Notes: generated from the letters alone by a model not told the origin. A stretch of DNA of 64,000 bases from Felis catus (GCF_018350175.1 NC_058368.1:220660001-220724000); one strand, 5' to 3'. Shown: positions 22,346-34,919, counted from the first letter of the stretch. Made by a program: numbers and translations.

Positions 22346-22842
22346 ATCACAATGACTCTTGTAATAGAAGAACCAAAATATTTTATTTAACTTATACCAA
22401 AGTAAATTTACAGTAGTGATTTGAAATTTTTGTAATTCACAATCCTGACATAGAATGAAGACAAGTGTAGCTACTGTGGTTCATTCTTATTTTACAAACA
22501 AAATCTAATATGGATCATAATTTGTTCATTACTTCATTGGGTTGACCAATCAGTCATGGTCATTCTACAACTATACATTAGGTGTCTTGTGTATTCTGGT
22601 ATTGGAGATGTCAGAGAAGAAACTCCTTCATGGGGTCAACAGTTTAGTGTGAAAAAAGAGATATAAGATAAAAAAAAGTAAGTGACACAGAGAAAGATAA
22701 ATACTATGTGATCTCACTTATATGTAGAACCTAAAAAAATAAAAAACAAACTCATAAAACAGAGGTCACATTTATGGTTGCCAATGATGAGGGTGGAGGA
22801 TGAAGACATTAGATGAGGGTTGTCAAAAAGTACAATCTTCTA

Positions 22843-23049
22843 GGGGTGCCTGGGTGGCTCACTCGGTTAAGCGTCTAACTGTGGCTCAAGATCTCACAGT
22901 TCATGGGTTCGAGCCCTGCGTCAGGCTCTGTGCTGACAGCTCAGAGCCTGGAGCCTGTTTCAGATTCTGTGTCTCCCTCTCTCTCTGCCCCTCCCCTGTT
23001 CACACTCTGTCTCTGTCTCAAGAATAAATAAACATTAATTTTTTTTTTC
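22843..23049 (+). mobile_element. Can-SINE
   Basis: Perfect TSD aagtacaatcttcta (22828-22842, 23050-23064). Confidence 0.95.
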
Positions 23050-23153
23050 AAGTACAATCTTCTATTTAGAAGATAAATAAGTTCTGGTGTTGTGATGTAA
23101 CAACATCATGACAGTAGTTAACAATACTGGTTTGTAAATTCAAAAGTTGCTAA

Positions 23154-23343
23154 GGACGCCAGAGTGGCTTAGTCGGTTAAACGTCTGACTCTAGATTTCA
23201 GCTTAGGTCATGCTCTCACAGTTCATGAGTTTGAGCCCTGTACCAGACTCTGCACTGACAGTAAGGAGCCTGCTTGGGATTCTCTCTTTTTCTCTCTCTC
23301 TCTGCCCTTCCCCACTCTCTCTAAAAATAAATACACTTTTTAA
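23154..23343 (+). mobile_element. Can-SINE
   Basis: TSD aaaagttgc(t/c)aag. Confidence 0.92.
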
Positions 23344-23591
23344 AAAAGTTGCCAAGAAGACATATCTTAAAGTTCTTATCCCAAGAAAAATAAAACGTAA
23401 CTCTGTGAGGAGACATATGTCAGCTAATCTTCTGTGGTAACATTTTGCAATATATATATATATATATATATAGCCAAATATATATCAAATCATTATGCTG
23501 TGCACTATACACTGTATGTTTTATGTCAATTATATCTGAATAAAAATTAGGGAAGATACTAAAAAAGTCCAGTTGTAGTATGTACTATGAA

Positions 23592-24490
23592 GTGTGACTC
23601 AATCGTGCTTTAGTTAGGAACACAGAATCATTATGAGTATTATGGGGTACATTAGTTTTCTAGTCGTATAATAACAAATTGCCACAGAATCATCAGTTTA
23701 TAACAACACATATTCATTATCTCATAGTTTCTGTGAGTGAAGAGTCTCCATACTGTTTAGCTGGTTTCTCTGTGCAGGGTCTCACAAAGCTGTAGTCAAG
23801 GTGTCAGCCAGCCGGCGTTCATTTCTAGAACGTGTGTTTTCTTCCAAGTGCATGTGGTTATTGGCAGGATTCAATCCCTTGCAGCTGTAAAAATGAGTCC
23901 TCAGCTTCTAGAGGCTGTCCAAAGTTTGCTTCCAAGTTGTTCCCTCCTTAGGCAATTCATGTCATAACATCTTGCTTCTTCAATACCAGAGGGAGAGGGT
24001 CTCTCTACACTATGGTAAGAGAGCCTTATACAATGTAATATAGCCAAGAGAATGATAGCACATCTACTTTGCCACATTCTATTGATTAGAAGCAAATCAC
24101 TGTTCCACCCACACTCAAGGAGAGGGAATGACACTAAGGTATGATAATCAGGGGGCAGATTATTGACAGTCAACCGAGTGTCTGTCTGCCAAATGGGCTA
24201 AGAATTTTTTAGAGGAGTTACAGGTTATAAAATTTTGGGAGAAGCTTGGGAAGTGACGATTTGGATGGAAGAGTAGAAGATACAGAGAAAATATTTATAA
24301 TAAATTCTTCAAAGCACAAGGGCAGAAGAAAAAGTTGGGGCAGAAAATTCTGAAAAACTAAACACATCAGTTTCTGTAGTGGAAACAATAGGTTTCCCTA
24401 TGGACCAACTCTATCCCTCAGCCATAAAGGGAATACGTTTTGAATACCATAATACCCAGCTTAGCCAAGATGATGGTAGTACATTTTGGC
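23592..24490 (-). mobile_element. ERVL LTR (LTR41-like), interrupted by an MLT1 LTR
   Basis: Start (ttagttaggaacacagaatcattatgagta) and end (ccaactcta...cagcttagccaag) match the second copy at 25918-26440. Confidence 0.6.
23647..24192 (-). mobile_element. MLT1E-like solo LTR
   Basis: attagtttt..taacaaattgccaca, cagggtctcacaaagctgtagtcaaggtgtcagcc and cacactcaaggagaggg. TSD atggg (23642-23646, 24193-24197). Confidence 0.8.
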
Positions 24491-25700
24491 ATTCATAACA
24501 CCTATCATAACTATATTCACTTCAAAATACAGAAAATAGCAATTATCTGCTTCCACACAACATGAGGCAACCATACCTCATATAGCTGAAAATTCACTAA
24601 TCATTCTAAAAGACCCTTAAGGTATCCTATAAATATGATGTCCTATAAATCAAATACTGAGATATAGGTTGACTATGATCATTATATCTTATGTTAGGTA
24701 CTAGGTCTATGGTAGTGGAAAAGAAAAATAATTGCTTAGTAAAGATAAGAATTGACTCACACTAAAGCAAGGAATAAATATCCCTAATTAGTAAAATCCC
24801 CAATTCTACAACAGGTCATGTGGCCATCACTGGTATTTATCACTTTCTTATGTTTCCAATTCCTTATTCCCTTTGACCTCAGAAACCATCTCAGCTAGAC
24901 AATGGTTCTTTGCCTAGTGGAGTGAAATCCTTCTTCTTATAGTGTCTGAGCAACTCACAGTCATGCATGTACTGAGTTGTTAAAGTTTTCCTTTAGTTTT
25001 TATTTTAGCACAAAGGATTTCTAAGAGGGGTGCTAGAGAACTCATGAATCAGACATTATCTGCGCTTCTTCCATTACAAACCCATATTCCTCCAGAATTT
25101 CAGAGTAAGTTACTCTAAACAGTATGCTCTCTTCTTTGTTAGTTAAATGTCATGAAAATCCCAATATGGTCAATGTCGTCTTGACCACCAGTTTAAGGAA
25201 GACTTTACTTTTCCGTTAATCTTTCCTCCATTGGGAAATAGTATCTCTAAAACAGAAGCCAACATTTCACGATAGGAAACAAACCTTTTACTGATGGATT
25301 GCTAAGGGTAATAGCAATCACCTATTCCTCACTAAGGGTGAGGAATCACTCCCATTTCATTCCCTTGACTTTCATATTCATGAAAATAGATTATGAAAGA
25401 AATAGGATCATATCCTGTTTACTGATTCAAAGTATATTCCGCGCCCTGGAAAGCATTACCCAAAACTCACAAGGTATTATCTAGTGCCTTCCATCATTTC
25501 TTCAGGCCAGAGATAGTTGAATACAGATGGTTAAGATCAAAGGTTAGGAACAGGAAATTCCACAAGCATAAGGCAATTTCTACCCTTCTTTTACTGTAAA
25601 CTAAATATCCTAATCAGTAGTAATGCTGTCGAGAGTACCATGCTGCTGAATAAGGCATATTGTATGTCCCTAGATGATGGGGTTGACAGACTTTCTAGAA
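24490..25700 (-). pseudogene. ERVL internal remnant including integrase fossil
   Basis: The minus strand near 25690-25580 reads GHTICLIQQHGTLDSITTD*DI*FTVKE, matching the recalled ERVL integrase pattern (CLIHRHGIPHSIASDQGTHFTAKE). Confidence 0.7.
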
Positions 25701-25917
25701 AATTTGGAAAAAGATGAACATTTGGAAATATCATAAGCAAAATTTTCTTAAAGGGAAATAATGATGCCTCTAAACTGTAAGTAGATTCAAATCTTGGCAG
25801 GCTTGCTTAGTTTCAAAATGTGACCCATAAGGAGGTGGCATACACACTAAACAAATTGCAACATTTACCAAATTACATTGAAAGGAACTAGCCAGATAAG
25901 ATCATTGGTACTTTCAT

Positions 25918-26440
25918 TGTCCATAATTATCTGAATTTAGTCAGAGATAAAGAACCACGATGAGTACTGTGAAAGTCATAGATATTATAGGAATTAGTTC
26001 TTCCATAATTGAGGAGCTTGGAAGTTATGATCGGTTGGATGAGCAGACACAAAGATAGACTAACAAACCTTGGTGGAGTGTAACACAGATGGGCAAATTG
26101 GGGCTTTTGCAGGGAGAGCTGAGAATCTAAGCATGCCAGTTCCTGGAGAGGTCGATGGAGGCTCTTGTCACAATCAAGCCCCTGGAGCCACTATTGTTCA
26201 TGCAAGACCAGCAGTCAAGAGGCAGTTAGGAAGCTGAACTGAGGAAAGTGAAACTCAGCTGAAACCCAACAGACACTGTCCATTACCATCTCTGACCACA
26301 AAGACCTACAAAGTAATGGTGGACACTTCATTTTCATCATTTAAATGAGATTCAAAGTCCAACTCTTTTTAGATCAATTCTATACACAGTGAAAGAGACT
26401 CTGGGAAACTTTGGTTCAAGCTTAACCAAAATAGCAAAGG
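25918..26440 (-). mobile_element. ERVL LTR (LTR41-like), second copy
   Basis: tagtcagagataaagaaccacgatgagta, tattataggaattag, gcagggagagctgagaa and ctgggaaac..gttcaagcttaacc. Confidence 0.65.
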
Positions 26441-26630
26441 CTAAGGTTACTGGGTGTAACAAATAAAAGTATAGGACACCTAACTAAATTTGAATTTTCA
26501 ATAAACAATTGATTATTTTTGGTATAAACATATCCCAAGCATTGCATGGGATTAATATCATAGTATCTTCTACTTCACTCCATTCAACTCTATTCTACTT
26601 ATTATGCATATATTTTATATGTAATATATA

Positions 26631-26841
26631 TTAACGTTTATTTATTTTTGTGACAGAGACAGAGCACGAACCAGGAGGGGGTGTGTGGGACAGAGAGACA
26701 GAGAGGCAGACACACAACCTGAAGGAGGCTTCAGGCTCTGAGCTGTTAGTGCAGAGCCCAATGGGAGGCTCAGACTCACAAACTGAGATCATGACTTGAG
26801 CCGAAGTCAGACGCTTAACCGACTGAGCCACCCAGTGCCCC
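26631..26841 (-). mobile_element. Can-SINE
   Basis: Recognisable body. Flanking duplication ctattctactta. Confidence 0.92.
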
Positions 26842-26865
26842 TATTCTACTTAATATATTAAAAAA

Positions 26866-27031
26866 CATTTTATTTAATGTTTATTTTTGAGAGACAGAGA
26901 GTGAGCGGGAGATCTGAAGCAGGCTCCAGGTTCTGAGCTGTCAGCACAAAGCCCGACATGGGATTCTAACTCACGAACCATGAGATCATGACCTGAACTG
27001 AAGTCAGACACTTAACTGACTGAGGTGCCCC
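26866..27031 (-). mobile_element. Can-SINE with internal deletions
   Basis: Body is present, with a shortened GA tract and shortened head (gactgaggtgcccc). Confidence 0.9.
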
Positions 27032-27060
27032 ATTAACATCTTTAATATAGACATGACCAA

Positions 27061-27285
27061 GGGGGCGCCTGGGTGGCACAGTCGGTTAAGCGTCCGACTT
27101 CAGCCAGGTCACGATCTCGCGGTCCGCGAGTTCGAGCCCCGCGTCGGGCTCTGGGCTGATGGCTCAGAGCCTGGAGCCTGTTTCAGATTCTGTGTCTCCC
27201 TCTCTCTCTGCCCCTCCCCCGTTCATGCTCTGTCTCTCTCTGTCCCAAAAATAAATAAACGTTGAAAAAAAAAATTAAAAAAAAA
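27061..27285 (+). mobile_element. Young Felis-type Can-SINE
   Basis: CpG-rich, cttcagccaggtcacgatctcgcgg. TSD aatata(ga/ag)catgacc. Confidence 0.96.
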
Positions 27286-28011
27286 TAATAATATAAGCAT
27301 GACCCATGCAATATTTGGGGTAACTTTATACTGAAAGACATATTCATCGTTTATTTGAAATTCAAATGTAACAGTTTCCTATATTTAATTGGACAATATT
27401 AAGGACACAATCTAGAACAAATTACCTTAAGGAGAATGGTAAATATAACTGCAGGGATAGATAGGTTGAGATCAGGCTATAAGGGTCTGAAAAGCCAGTA
27501 TTCAAGATTCCCTCATTTATGTGTACTCATTTGTCCTTCAAAACAACCTCACAATTTTTGTATAAATAATTTAAATATATTTGGAGATAATGAATTAGAT
27601 GACAAAGAAGTTAGGACATAGAGTCCTCATGCCAAATGATTTCCTTTACATTAGACTGACTATAAAATATTTAATACCATCTAGAAGAAGCATTCACAGG
27701 AAACCTTCAATATTTTCATACCATAAGTCCTGTATCTGCCACTGAAATTAAAAAAAAAATTGTCAGTTTTTACATCAAAGAAAAAATAATAGGTAACATT
27801 TATTTAATTATCTCTTAACAAGATATGTATTTACCATATATGTATTGTAAAACACATAAAAATAAAAATTAAAAAATGTATATGTCCAAAGAAAACCACA
27901 ATGAAGGTTTGTACTGTTTCCTTCCTCATGATTGAGAATGTACTGAATAATCCATCTTAATCCTATTATTTTTTTTTAGATTATAAAATGTTATATAATA
28001 TAGGTTTTATA

Positions 28012-28220
28012 GGGTGCCTGGGTGGCTCAGTTGGTTAAGTGTCCAACTTCGGCTCAGGTCATGATCTCACGGTTTGTGAGTTTGAGTCCGCGTCGGGCTC
28101 TGGGCTGACAGCTCAGAGCCTAGAGCTTGCTTCAGATTCTGTGTCTCCCCCTCTCTCTGTCCCTCCTCTGCTCATGCTCTGTTTCTCTCTGTCTCTCAAT
28201 AATTATAAACGTTAAAAAAA
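28012..28220 (+). mobile_element. Can-SINE
   Basis: Complete head, body and tail. Confidence 0.94.
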
Positions 28221-29794
28221 TTGTAAATTTTATAACATTTATAAGACATTTTAAATAATTGTCTAACTCTTGAAAGTGTAGTGATTTTTTCCTTACTGTC
28301 TTCCAAACTTCATATTTAAATTTTTTCCCCAAAATCATGATTTATCACATTATTTGTAAAAGTTTAATAGTGATACAATATCTTCTTTTTCTATGGTATA
28401 AATATATTAGTTAAAAATTTATAGATTTTTATGTACTTAGAAATCATATTTAAGTTTTGTTTTATATGAAAAACCTATGGAATCCCATAGAATAAAATAT
28501 CCTTGTACTTTCTGTTTATTTTTATGCCATATTTCTAAAAATACAGACTATGTGCAAGTAAATTTATTCTTTAAAATAATAGATTTTGTAATCTCTCTGT
28601 TTATAGTTCTACTACGCTCAAACATAAAATTCTTGCAGAAAATCAGATTTGCATACCAGAACCATTGGAGGCAGCCTTTTGATTTGAGTGGCTGGTGGCA
28701 TGCAATTTAGCCACAGTCAGATAACTTCTTTTAGCCCTCTTACTTCTGAAAACAACCCACTTACTTCTGAAAACATGTCCTTTTTTTCTGTTGAAAAAAA
28801 GATATCCAATGCATGTATTATTTGAAACCAATAGCTTGAACCTGCCGTCATAAAGGGAGAAGCAGTAGATGTCCTTTCAATATTTGGCCCTAGATGTCCA
28901 TCACAGTACGCCATTAATTTAGTTGCATTGTTACTATATTCAATTCTTGCTCTTTCTGCAGACGCAGCTAGACAAAGATTTTAATTAATGCCAGTCAAAA
29001 TGGTGATTTTTGTGGTATGAACATTTTGAGGACTAAAACATATTTAAATATAAGTTTATACTGCATCGGTTTCAAAAATATCTAGCAGATGGCAACTTGA
29101 ATTGAATATCCAATTGACCTAGACTTGGGCCTCATGCCAAAGACAAAAATTTTCAACGTGTATTAACAGTTTAGACAAATTCAGCCCTTTTTCCCAATAG
29201 TTTTTAAGATTCTCTGTATTTCCAGGTTATATTGATGTTATTTTGAAGGAGTTTACTTTACAACTTGTTATCTTCCTTTTATAAACAATATTAGATTGTT
29301 TATTGAGACTTTGTTTCTATATAGGAATCACTGAAACTAACTGGGGCTACTTGAAATGTTGATGCTACATCCATAACAGACTAGTGCATCTGAAATGTTT
29401 ATATACGTGGACCCATTGAAGTAGTGATAAAATGTTTCCTTAAAAAAATCCATTGTTTATTTCTATTATCTTCACATCTCTATCATGTTCATAATAATAG
29501 TTTATAGGTCTTCAATATTACATGAGTTTGTTTTTAATTTCACAGAGCAGTGGCTTCAAGGGGGAATCAATTTGTAGAATATTAAGCATAGCCTTCAGGT
29601 AAGTATGCACTATGTGAATTTTGATGCTAAGTGCTAGGTATAATTTTGAGGCACTTTTCATCAAGGATCATCTTAGGCAGAGAGACTAAATTCCAAACCG
29701 AAACCATATTTGTATAGTTTCAGTAGGAATTGTGTCCTATGCAAGAGAAAATGCTACCCAAATTAGAGAAATAATTCCAAAGTTGATGGTTTTG

Positions 29795-29930
29795 AGACAG
29801 AGAGGGAGGCTGGGAAGGAAAGATTGAGAAAAAGAAAGGGGGAGAGGGAGAAGGAAGAGGAAGTGAGAGTGAGAGAGAGAGACGGAGAGAGAGAGAGAGA
29901 GAGACAGAGAGACAGAGAGGGAGAGAGAAG
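29795..29930. repeat. Polypurine / (GA)n low-complexity tract
   Basis: Direct observation. Confidence 0.9.
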
Positions 29931-30109
29931 ATTTTTAATGAGTTTAAATGGTGCTTAAAGAGATGGCACCATCTCACCTATGTGATAGCCTTCTCTGACC
30001 TATGAGCTTGGAGCCTGTGGTAGACAGAAAAATGCCTCCCTCAAGATGTTAATAAGCTTATCCCAGAGAAAGACTCCACCAACCATTTGCTAGTTTTGAA
30101 GGAACGGGA

Positions 30110-31745
30110 GTCTGTACTTCCAGTTTCTGGCTTGACCTCTAAATAGTGTGAAAGTTCTCACTCCCTTCTCAAAACAAAGAAAAAGCTGAAGAAACAGCAA
30201 ACCAGCAAGCTTTTCTTAGATATATAAGGAAACTGAGGTCAAGGATAAACCACTGACCTGGACGTTATAGAGAGAGAAGTGGATACCAAAAATGACACTT
30301 TCAGAAACCAGAACCAAACCCAGTGCCAGATCCAGAGCCCATAGGAACACTTAAACTGCTATTAGCAAACTGTGGAGGGTCCAACGTAGACCAACTTGAG
30401 ATTTAAAAACACCACGGGCCAAGTTCCGGAGACAGGGCACACAGTCATGAGTTATAACACAAGGAGTCCCACCAGGTTCTCAAGGTGAAGAACAGGGAAA
30501 GAGCTCTTTGTGCCTATTTCAGGGAGAGAGGAAAAGTAATCATTTGGAAATGCTCCAGAACATTCTCTTCTCTTTATAAAGGACTACTCTCAAAAGAAAC
30601 TATCTTACCAGAATTTACCAACTTTAGGAAAGGGAAATTTCCCTCTGTCTAGCCTTCCTGTCTCACCTACAGGTGAAAAAAAATGCTGAGCAGCACTGGT
30701 GAATGTCGCAGCCCTGAAACACCAGGTCACTAGAAGACTGACAGCTAATCGTAGGATCATGAAATGCACCCCCTCCCTATATCTGATCTATAGGCTAGAA
30801 ATGGCTAAGGATCAATGGTCTAGAAAGAGTGAGCTAGATGATATGTCAAAAGAAACTTATTAAACTGAAAGGCAAGAAAAAAATGAATGAAAATAACCAC
30901 AGTACATCCAAGAACTGTAGGACAATAATAAACAGTGTAACATATGTGTAATGGGAATAACAAAAAAGAGGAATGAATAGAAATAATATTTAGATAATTA
31001 ATGGCTGAGATTTTTCCAAAATTAATGAGTGACAAGAAGCCACAGATTCAGGAAGTGCAGAGAGCATCAAACAGAATAAATAACACTATATCCAGACCAA
31101 GACATACGTTTTCAAACTGCAAATAAAACAAAGACAAAGGAAAATCTTGGAAGAAGCCAGAAAGGAAAACGCACACCTTACCTATGTATGAACAAGGAAT
31201 AGAATTACACTGGAGTTGTTTTCAGAAAACATGCAAGCGAGATATCAAATTATTGAAAGGAAACAAAAAGCACACACACTGATTTATATTTCTGTTGTCA
31301 GTGAAATAATGTTCAGAGAAAAGAAAAAGAAATAAAAAATTTCTCTGACAAATACTGAGGAAATTTGTTGCCACTAGATCTATCTTGCAAACAATATTAA
31401 AGAAACTTCTTCAGACTTAAAGAGAAGATTACAGGTGAGAAAATTGGGTCTCGATAAAGGAAAAAAATGGTAGATACAATTTTAAAAACTAAACTCTAAA
31501 TATTTTTAATCTAACAGACAATTTATTTGAAAAATAATAGCAAAATGTATTTGGTTATTATAGATTAAATTAGGTTAGATAGATAGATAGAGTAAAAGGA
31601 ATGACAATATTATAAGGGACTGAAGGGAAAAATTGGGAATACTCTATTACTTGGTACATGCACTCCTTGTGAAGTGCAATGGTGTTATTTTGGACTTCAG
31701 TTAGTTATAAATGTATGTTGCAAACTCCAGGGCAACCACAACAAA
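30110..31745 (+). mobile_element. Old L1M 5'UTR-ORF1-inter-ORF fragment
   Basis: catccaagaactgtaggacaata, atggctgagatttttccaaaattaatg, cacagattcaggaagtgcagaga and gcaaactccagggcaacca. Confidence 0.8.
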
Positions 31746-31818
31746 TAAATAAATAAATCAACCAACCAACCAACCAACCAACCAACAAACCAACCAACCA
31801 ACCAACCGACAAATAAAT
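31743..31818. repeat. (AAAT)n(CAAC)n microsatellite
   Basis: Direct observation. Confidence 0.95.
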
Positions 31819-32654
31819 AGGATGGAAGGTGTCTAACAACCGGTAGATTCTAGAAAGTTCAATGAAACGGATTCTGCTCTAAGAGTCAAAAGGAAATTGC
31901 CAAAACCTTGATTTTAGCCCATCAGGACCCATGTCGGGCTTCTGACCTGTAGAGCTATAAGACAATAGATTTGTGTTATTTTAAATCTCTAAGATTGAGG
32001 TAATTTGTTGTAGAAGTAATAAGAAACTAATATATGACCTTTGCCAAAGTACTTAGCATCTTTAATACAGATCTCTTGTTTTGCAAAATAGGTAGTTATA
32101 CACATTCATATTGAAATTTCTATAATTTTTACAGATTATTATTATATCCCAAAGACTTTTTCTTAAAAAAAAAAAGTTGTTTTTTATTTGTTTCCCTCTC
32201 ATTGTCTTTTCCTTTCTGTTCTCCCTCATGTATTTCCTTCCAAAACTAATTTACCATTCCTAAGTAAGATATTGTGTTTGAGATATAAAAAGAATCATGC
32301 TTGAGAATATTAAGTTATAATAAAACTCAGACAAAAATAAGTACATATAACATTATAGTTACATTATAAAAGTGCTGTCAAAAGATATGATAGGAACAGA
32401 GGGGAAAAAAAACCTAAGTCAGCACTCCAAAATTATATCATATTCCAAAAAAAAGCATTTCTGAATTAAAAAACAAAACAGGGTTAGAATGAATAGACCA
32501 TCTTTCCAATCTGCTTTAGCTTTTACCAAGCAAAACTGGGAATAAAGATTTTATTATTTTTAAACCTTAATGGCAAAGGGGGGAAAATTGACAGAAGAAA
32601 TGTCATAATTATTAGTCAACTCAGAAGATGAATAGAAAAGAGACAAGACTCTGT

Positions 32655-32852
32655 ACAAGTGCCGTGCAATAGAACTTTCTGCAGTAATGGGAATATTTCA
32701 TGTTTGTGCCACTGAATATAGTATCTACCAGTCACATGAGGCTATATAGCCCTTGAAATGTGGCTTGTATAACTGAGGAACTAAATTCTTAAATTTGTCC
32801 ATCTTTATTTAAAACTTAAGTAGCTACATATGACAAGTGGCTACAGCAATAG
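32655..32852. mobile_element. MER3-like hAT-Charlie MITE
   Basis: caatagaactttctgcagtaatgg..cagtcacatg..ttgaaatgtggct..actgaggaact..agtggcta. Confidence 0.8.
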
Positions 32853-33880
32853 TTCAATTCAAAACTAAAAATAATGGTTAACTTGATCAAAAATAAAATC
32901 GCAAACTATGACTCTTCAGATGAATATAATCTCAATGAATTTTCTAAAACTTAATTAAATATTGATTTAGCTACATACTTCTAAGTAGAAAATGACATAT
33001 GATATTCTTATTTAGTCACTCAGTAGGAGAACCTGAAACACCCAATTTTGCTAAGAGACCCTGACAATATTCTTTCAACTTTTGTGATGTGTCAATGCCA
33101 GGATTTACCTGATGTAAAGTTTTCCCCATTTCTTTATGAAAATTTTTAATCGTTTTCATTATGTTTATCATTATTTTTTCATTATGTTTCATTACACTTA
33201 TCATTATTTCTAAAAATGTATTCACAATATGACTTAGATATTAAAAAAATTATAAGGGTCCATTGGCCGAGGATGGAAAATGGTAATGGCCACTTTTATT
33301 GGTATATTGAGGGTTAATACTCTGTTTTTTCAGGTATTTCAGCAGACTATCTAATGATGAGGCAGCAATTTATACTTTTATTATAGTTTATAATTTTCAT
33401 ACAAGCATTAAATATCCACTAAAGTATAAAATGACACATTATTCTCTACAATAAATATTTAAAATTCATGATATTGCTTCCATAAATGTCCTTTCTTATG
33501 TGTTATCAGTTTCTCTCATTATAGTATTGAAGGAATATTTCTTTAGGCTCTTAGCCATAAATACTTAATGAGAAATAATGGCATATAATTTATGCTAAAA
33601 GAAAAAAATACCTACCAAATTTCCCCACATTTATGCTAATTTATAATTGTCAACCAAATGAGTGAAAATAATTTCAAATGATCAACCAAAAGTCCACTGA
33701 GTGATGAAATTGGAATTCGTTATTGGGATACTATGCGTGACAAAGGAGAGGACATTTAATCCAGCAATTCCCAAGTTTGACAAAGTTTATTCTACAAAAA
33801 AAGTGAAATTGTGTTCAATGAACTAAATTTTAGGAAGTGTGATTATAATTTTTATACACTTGCAAGAAGTCAATATTTAA

Positions 33881-34077
33881 TTTTTTTTTAAGTTTATTCA
33901 TTTATTTTGAGAGAGAGAGCAGGGGAGGAGCACAGAGAGAGGAGAGAGAGAATCCAAGCAGGTTCCACACTGCCAGTGCAGAGACTGATGTGAGGCTCAA
34001 ACCCATGAACTGTGAGATCATGACCTGAGCCAAAATCAGAGTCAGATGCTTAACCGACTGAGCCACCCAGGGCGCCC
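33881..34077 (-). mobile_element. Can-SINE
   Basis: TSD aag(t/g)caatatttaa. Confidence 0.93.
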
Positions 34078-34919
34078 TGAGAAGGCAATATTTAAAGCAG
34101 CACCCAGAATATGTCTCCACCACACTAAAACAACCAATCTCGTCAAACTGAAGCGATGGAGTAATAATGTTCTCCTAATTATCGGTTTATTCATCTATAT
34201 GTTCATTTATTATGCACCCAGTATGTGCATGTGGTAAGTAGAGACGCACAGATAAAGTTGGGTGAGTTCTCTTGATACACTTTGAGAAGTGAAGACTCTA
34301 CGTCTTTTAAATAACTAAAAAAAAATAATTATGACAAATTAAAAATGATTCCTTGGGCCACTTTTGAAATGCTTGTGTGTCACGTGTCTGGCGTTCCTTT
34401 TGTATCCAGACTTATAATATATGGAAAGATAATCATTTTCCTTCTTCTAAACATCATATAAGCCAGTGAATATCCTTCTGCCAGTCTATTATTCTGTGTA
34501 CTTTATAAGGGAGGATTATTAATCTCCATGGGTGGGATACTTTGGTTAAAAATGATGGTATGACAGATAGCGTGTAGGTAATCAGTGGCTATGTCCCTTA
34601 TGACAGTCATCATTATATACGCTACCGAATTGATGAATTTTGTAGATTTTTCTTTGAAGAGGATATTAAAATAGAGAAGAATAAAAATAAATAAATAAAA
34701 ATGGAGACAAACTTCCCTAATTAAATTAGTAGAAGCCACACCTCCAAAATATTAACAATCTTCCAAATGCATTAAAGTCAGATAGCAAAAGGTAAGGGAT
34801 GTGAGAGAGTCATAAGTGGAAAAAATTGCTCTGTCAGTATCCCTTTCTCAGGCACAGAGGAGATAGCACAAAGATGTCATCTTTATTATCTGAATCTTAA
34901 GAGAGACATAGAAATAAAC

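Larger units (their letters stand above)
22670..23560 (+). mobile_element. Old L1 3' end (L1MA/MB-like) with two nested SINEs
   Basis: cagagaaagataaatactatgtgatctcacttatatgt, tagttaacaatactg, atcaaatcattatgctg and tgtcaattatatct.aataaa. Confidence 0.8.
26441..27400. mobile_element. MER53-like palindromic DNA-transposon MITE, expanded by three SINEs
   Basis: The left arm (caaataaaagtataggacac..aaatttgaatttt..cccaagcattgcatggga) is inverted relative to the right arm (cccatgcaatatttggg..tgaaattcaaat..cctatattt). Confidence 0.75.
30017..32034 (+). mobile_element. MLT1D-like LTR split by an L1M insertion (pieces ~30017-30110 and ~31820-32034)
   Basis: 5' piece tgtggtagacagaa..cctcaagatgt. 3' piece ccttgattttagccc..ttctgacct..ggtaatttgtt..gaaactaata. 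Confidence 0.75.
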
